DNA of 7,014 nucleotides from Polyangiales bacterium (GTDB lineage: Bacteria > Myxococcota_A > Polyangia > Polyangiales > Ga0077539), in contig JBDHVF010000423.1 of the NCBI GenBank assembly GCA_039809605.1, positions 1-7,014 on the forward strand, read 5' to 3'. The notes beneath the pieces are model-generated. The model ran no database searches. It saw nothing but the letters and a program-made list of their open reading frames with translations, and was not told where the DNA came from. Positions 4,703 to 7,014 of this stretch are shown piece after piece (the first letter of the stretch is position 1; every line of letters begins with the position of its first letter). Both the position numbers and the translations under genes were made by a program.

Positions 4703-6223
4703 CTAGTCTGACACGTTCGGAACGGCGACGTCATCGCCGAGCGCCCACGTCATCGCGCGCGACTGGCGCAGCACGTCGCCGACCGGCGTCGACGACAGCA
4801 CGAACTCTCGCGGCGCCCCGCCCGCCACGCGCACCGTCGCGAGGCCGCGCTCGGTCCAGTACGAGACGCAGCCTCCGTCGCTGCTCAGGTGGTGACGCTC
4901 GCCGCGCCAGTCGAGCGCCGCGGGCGCGAGCCGCTGCCCCGCGCCGCGCGACGCGAAGACGTTACGACCGTCGTAGCGCGTCACGCCAGGCGGCGCGGGC
5001 GCCCAGTCGCTGCGCAGGAACCCCAGGCCCGTCGTCCACGCGATCACGGTGCCGTTGCGCTCGACGGCCGACACGGCCGACGCCTGTCCGAAGGGAGGCT
5101 CGAGCCCCGCCCACGACGACCCGTCGCGGCTGCGATGCATGCGCCCCAGCGACGCGTCGCGCAGCCCGAGCAGAAGCTCGCCCTCGCCCGTGATCGACAC
5201 GCCCGTGAGGTCGCCGGGGCCGGGGTCGAAGCCCGGCGTCGTCACCCTGCGCAGCCCGTCGGGCAGCGCGAACACGAGGTGCCGCCGCCCCCCCGAGCGC
5301 ACGTTGACGGCCACGTGGTCGGCGCCTCGTCCTCGCGCGAGCACCCACCCGTCGGGTGACGATGCCGCGATCGAGGTCACGTCGAGGCCGCGGAGCCACT
5401 CCGACTCGAAGCGCTCGACCGCGCCGCGAGGGCGTTCGAGCGTCACCGAGCCCGCGGTCCCGTACGCGAGGTCGGAGCCCATCGCCACGACGCCCGTGCG
5501 CAAGCGCTCCGCCTCGTAGCGCGCGGGCGTGAACGAGGTCGTTCGGAGGTCGAACCATCCGATGCGCTCGCTGCCGGGCGCGGGCGTGATGGCCGCGAGC
5601 ACGCCGTCGTCGTCGGGGTCGCCGTAGGGCAGGTACGCGTCCGTGGGGCCGACGCGGGCGCCCTCCGCGGTCGCGACCACCATCTGCCTGCGCGAACCGA
5701 ACTGCCACCCCCACGCGAACACCCCGCACGCGTTGCCCCTGACGCGCAGGTCGCCGCCGCTCGGGTCGTAGGGGAGCGTGTCGCGCGCGCCGTAGAGCAC
5801 CGCGCCGTCGCGGCGCGCGAGCACGCGCTCGACGGTCACGCGCGAGCCCCGCGTCACCGGGAGCTCGACCCACGCGAGCGCGGCCGCCACGTAGTCTCCG
5901 CGAGCGACGATCACCGAGCGCGCGGGCGACGACCGCGCGTACGGGAGCGCCTCGCCGAAGCGGTAGAGCCTGCGCACCGCGCCCCGCCCGTCGACGCCGT
6001 AGAGCGCGTCGCCCTCGATCGCCGCGAGCGTGATGGCGTCGGCTCGGGGTGACGTGCCGTCGAAGCGGCAGAGCGCGCCCCCGGCGGACTCGCGCGGATC
6101 GGGCGTCACGGTTCGGCACGCCGCCGAGGCGTCGGGCAACGAGGCGTCGGGGAGCGAGAGCCCCGTGCGCGCGCCGCACGCGGCGAGCGAGAGCAGGGCG
6201 ATGGCGAGCGGTGCGCGGCGCAT
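4703..6223 (-). CDS. Predicted lipoprotein (506 aa) with beta-propeller-like repeats; hypothetical
   Basis: ATG 6223 gives MRRAPLAIALLSLAAC, a type II signal peptide with lipobox L-A-A-C. GTG 6244 is an alternative start 7 codons upstream. The mature protein has recurring beta-strand-rich, SPDG/SSDG-type motifs (SSPDGWVLARGRG, LSSDGGCVSYWT, HRSRDGSSWAGL, ERNGTVIAWTTG, DGAVLYGARD) suggestive of a propeller-type fold. The TAG stop is at 4705-4703. It lies on the same strand as the MVP gene and 97 nt upstream of it. Confidence 0.78.
   Translation of the reverse strand: MRRAPLAIALLSLAACGARTGLSLPDASLPDASAACRTVTPDPRESAGGALCRFDGTSPRADAITLAAIEGDALYGVDGRGAVRRLYRFGEALPYARSSPARSVIVARGDYVAAALAWVELPVTRGSRVTVERVLARRDGAVLYGARDTLPYDPSGGDLRVRGNACGVFAWGWQFGSRRQMVVATAEGARVGPTDAYLPYGDPDDDGVLAAITPAPGSERIGWFDLRTTSFTPARYEAERLRTGVVAMGSDLAYGTAGSVTLERPRGAVERFESEWLRGLDVTSIAASSPDGWVLARGRGADHVAVNVRSGGRRHLVFALPDGLRRVTTPGFDPGPGDLTGVSITGEGELLLGLRDASLGRMHRSRDGSSWAGLEPPFGQASAVSAVERNGTVIAWTTGLGFLRSDWAPAPPGVTRYDGRNVFASRGAGQRLAPAALDWRGERHHLSSDGGCVSYWTERGLATVRVAGGAPREFVLSSTPVGDVLRQSRAMTWALGDDVAVPNVSD
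6126..6151 (-). repeat. In-frame 15-nt tandem duplication encoding (LPDAS)x2 in the linker after the lipoprotein lipidation Cys
   Basis: The plus-strand 11-mer GAGGCGTCGGG occurs at 6126-6136 and again at 6141-6151 (period 15 nt). The translation is GLSLPDASLPDASAAC. Confidence 0.6.
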
Positions 6224-6249
6224 GCGGCCGGTCGCTTCTAACACGTGGC

Positions 6250-7014
6250 ATGCTCGCCGTGACGCCGTATGGTTGCGCGTCCATGACGGCGAAGGGCCTC
6301 ATCCCCGTGCGCGTGTGGGGCGACGACAGCGGGCGCGTCGTCGGCCTCGACGCGCGCCTGCTCCTCACGCGCGACCCCGGCGTGGTGCTGGTGGTCACCG
6401 ACGCGGGGATCACCTGGATGGACGCCGCGACGGGCCGCAGGGTCGAGACCGTGGCGTGGCGCGATCCGCCGACGCTCACGCCCGCGACGCCCGTCGTCGC
6501 AGACGCCGCGGGCGAGCGTGTGCTCGTCGGCACGCGGCAGGGCGACGTGCTCGTCTACCGCGCGGCCGACGGCGCGCTCGAGCGCAGGCTCGGCGGGTCG
6601 CGCGCGGCCGTGACCGAGCTCGCGCTCTCGGGCGACGGGCGCGTCGCGGCGGCCGCGGGCGAAGACGGCCGCGTTCGCGTGTGGTCGATCGCCGAGCCCT
6701 CGCCCCGCTGCGAGCTCCGGGGAAGCGGCCCGCTGTCGGTGTCTCCCTCGGGCGACCGCGTCGCGTACTGGAGCGGCGGCGTCGCCGTGATCGACCTCGC
6801 GCGCGACCGCGCGCAGCGGCTCGCCGCGGGCGCGCTCGTGCAGCGCACACACTGGAGCCCCGACGGCGAGCTCCTGTGGGCCTTCTCGGAGCCGAGCCGC
6901 GCGACCTGCTGGCGCGCGGCCGACGGCGCGACGGTGACGTCGTTCGAGCGGCTGCCCCCGCCCGCGGCCGCCGCGTGCGACCGAGACGGCGCGCTCGTGC
7001 TCCTCGGACGTCGC
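6250..7014 (+). CDS. WD40/beta-propeller repeat protein, N-terminal part (3' end outside the window)
   Basis: This gene is absent from the supplied ORF track because no stop codon occurs before the window edge. The frame is open from ATG 6250 (in-frame alternative ATG 6283, MTAKGLIPVRVWGDD) through nt 7014, with GC3 near-saturated. It contains a canonical WD repeat at about 6592-6690 (GGSRAAVTELALSGDGRVAAAAGEDGRVRVWSI) plus SPSGDRVAYWS and WSPDGELLW motifs. No signal peptide is evident. The competing minus-strand ORFs here are Arg-rich shadows. Confidence 0.75.
   Translation, partial: MLAVTPYGCASMTAKGLIPVRVWGDDSGRVVGLDARLLLTRDPGVVLVVTDAGITWMDAATGRRVETVAWRDPPTLTPATPVVADAAGERVLVGTRQGDVLVYRAADGALERRLGGSRAAVTELALSGDGRVAAAAGEDGRVRVWSIAEPSPRCELRGSGPLSVSPSGDRVAYWSGGVAVIDLARDRAQRLAAGALVQRTHWSPDGELLWAFSEPSRATCWRAADGATVTSFERLPPPAAAACDRDGALVLLGRR

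Noticed and set aside
4606-4734. Longer MVP start at 4734 (adding MTSPFRTCQTSAPSRERDGIRGERCAVRLRWFGSVRSTRRRTT)
   Set aside because: The extension overlaps the 3' end of the lipoprotein gene, is compositionally unlike the rest of the protein, has no RBS, and reads through the perfect GGAGGAGG SD that precedes ATG 4605. Homology to MVP begins right after ATG 4605.
2893-5193. 766-aa plus-strand ORF antisense to the MVP and lipoprotein genes
   Set aside because: It is a shadow ORF: stop codons are rare in antisense frames at this GC content. The product is dominated by R, A, L, V, H and D with no recognisable domain, and the ORF spans two genes and their spacer.
6242-6253. Palindromes CACGTG (6242-6247) and GCATGC (6248-6253) in the divergent region as operator sites
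   Set aside because: Six-bp palindromes are expected by chance at this composition. GCATGC overlaps the candidate ATG 6250, and there is no repeat or partner site.
4962-6533. 523-aa minus-strand ORF overlapping the lipoprotein gene and the WD40 gene start
   Set aside because: The product is Arg/Pro/Ala-rich low complexity. The ORF crosses the divergent intergenic region and has no signal peptide, no RBS and no start-codon logic. The alternative frames give a clean lipobox protein and a WD40 protein.
6238-6852. Minus-strand ORFs 6238-6852, 6476-6850 and 6555-6848
   Set aside because: They are shadows of the plus-strand WD40 gene, which has GC3 periodicity and recognisable WD repeats. The minus-frame products are Arg/Ala strings.
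1-7014. Mobile elements, CRISPR arrays, tRNA/rRNA genes, toxin-antitoxin or known defence-system genes
   Set aside because: I scanned both strands for repeat-spacer periodicity, long inverted terminal repeats, transposase or integrase-like ORFs and tRNA-like cloverleaf segments. None is evident; all sizeable non-shadow ORFs are accounted for above.

Overview
Very GC-rich bacterial DNA; third codon positions are almost all G/C, which resembles Myxococcota-type genomes (inference only). I support seven protein-coding genes and find no tRNA, rRNA, CRISPR array or transposase. On the + strand: the 3' end of an SDR oxidoreductase (1-290), a small DUF697-like protein (345-743), and two small signal-peptide proteins of unknown function (767-1381, 1483-2145). 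On the - strand: an 818-aa full-length homolog of the eukaryotic major vault protein (MVP, 2149-4605), preceded by a 506-aa predicted lipoprotein with beta-propeller-like repeats (4703-6223). A WD40-repeat protein is transcribed divergently and runs off the window (about 6250 to beyond 7014). The MVP homolog is the main result. By hand alignment against my recollection of human MVP it matches from the N-terminal repeat array through the shoulder domain, the long cap-helix and the C-terminal segment. It has a perfect Shine-Dalgarno site and host-like codon usage. Vault particles are regarded as a eukaryotic organelle, and to my knowledge no bacterial vault has been characterised, so this locus with its beta-propeller/WD40 neighbours is a candidate undescribed bacterial vault-like nanocompartment system. 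The many long Arg/Ala/Pro-rich ORFs in other frames are high-GC shadow ORFs and were rejected.
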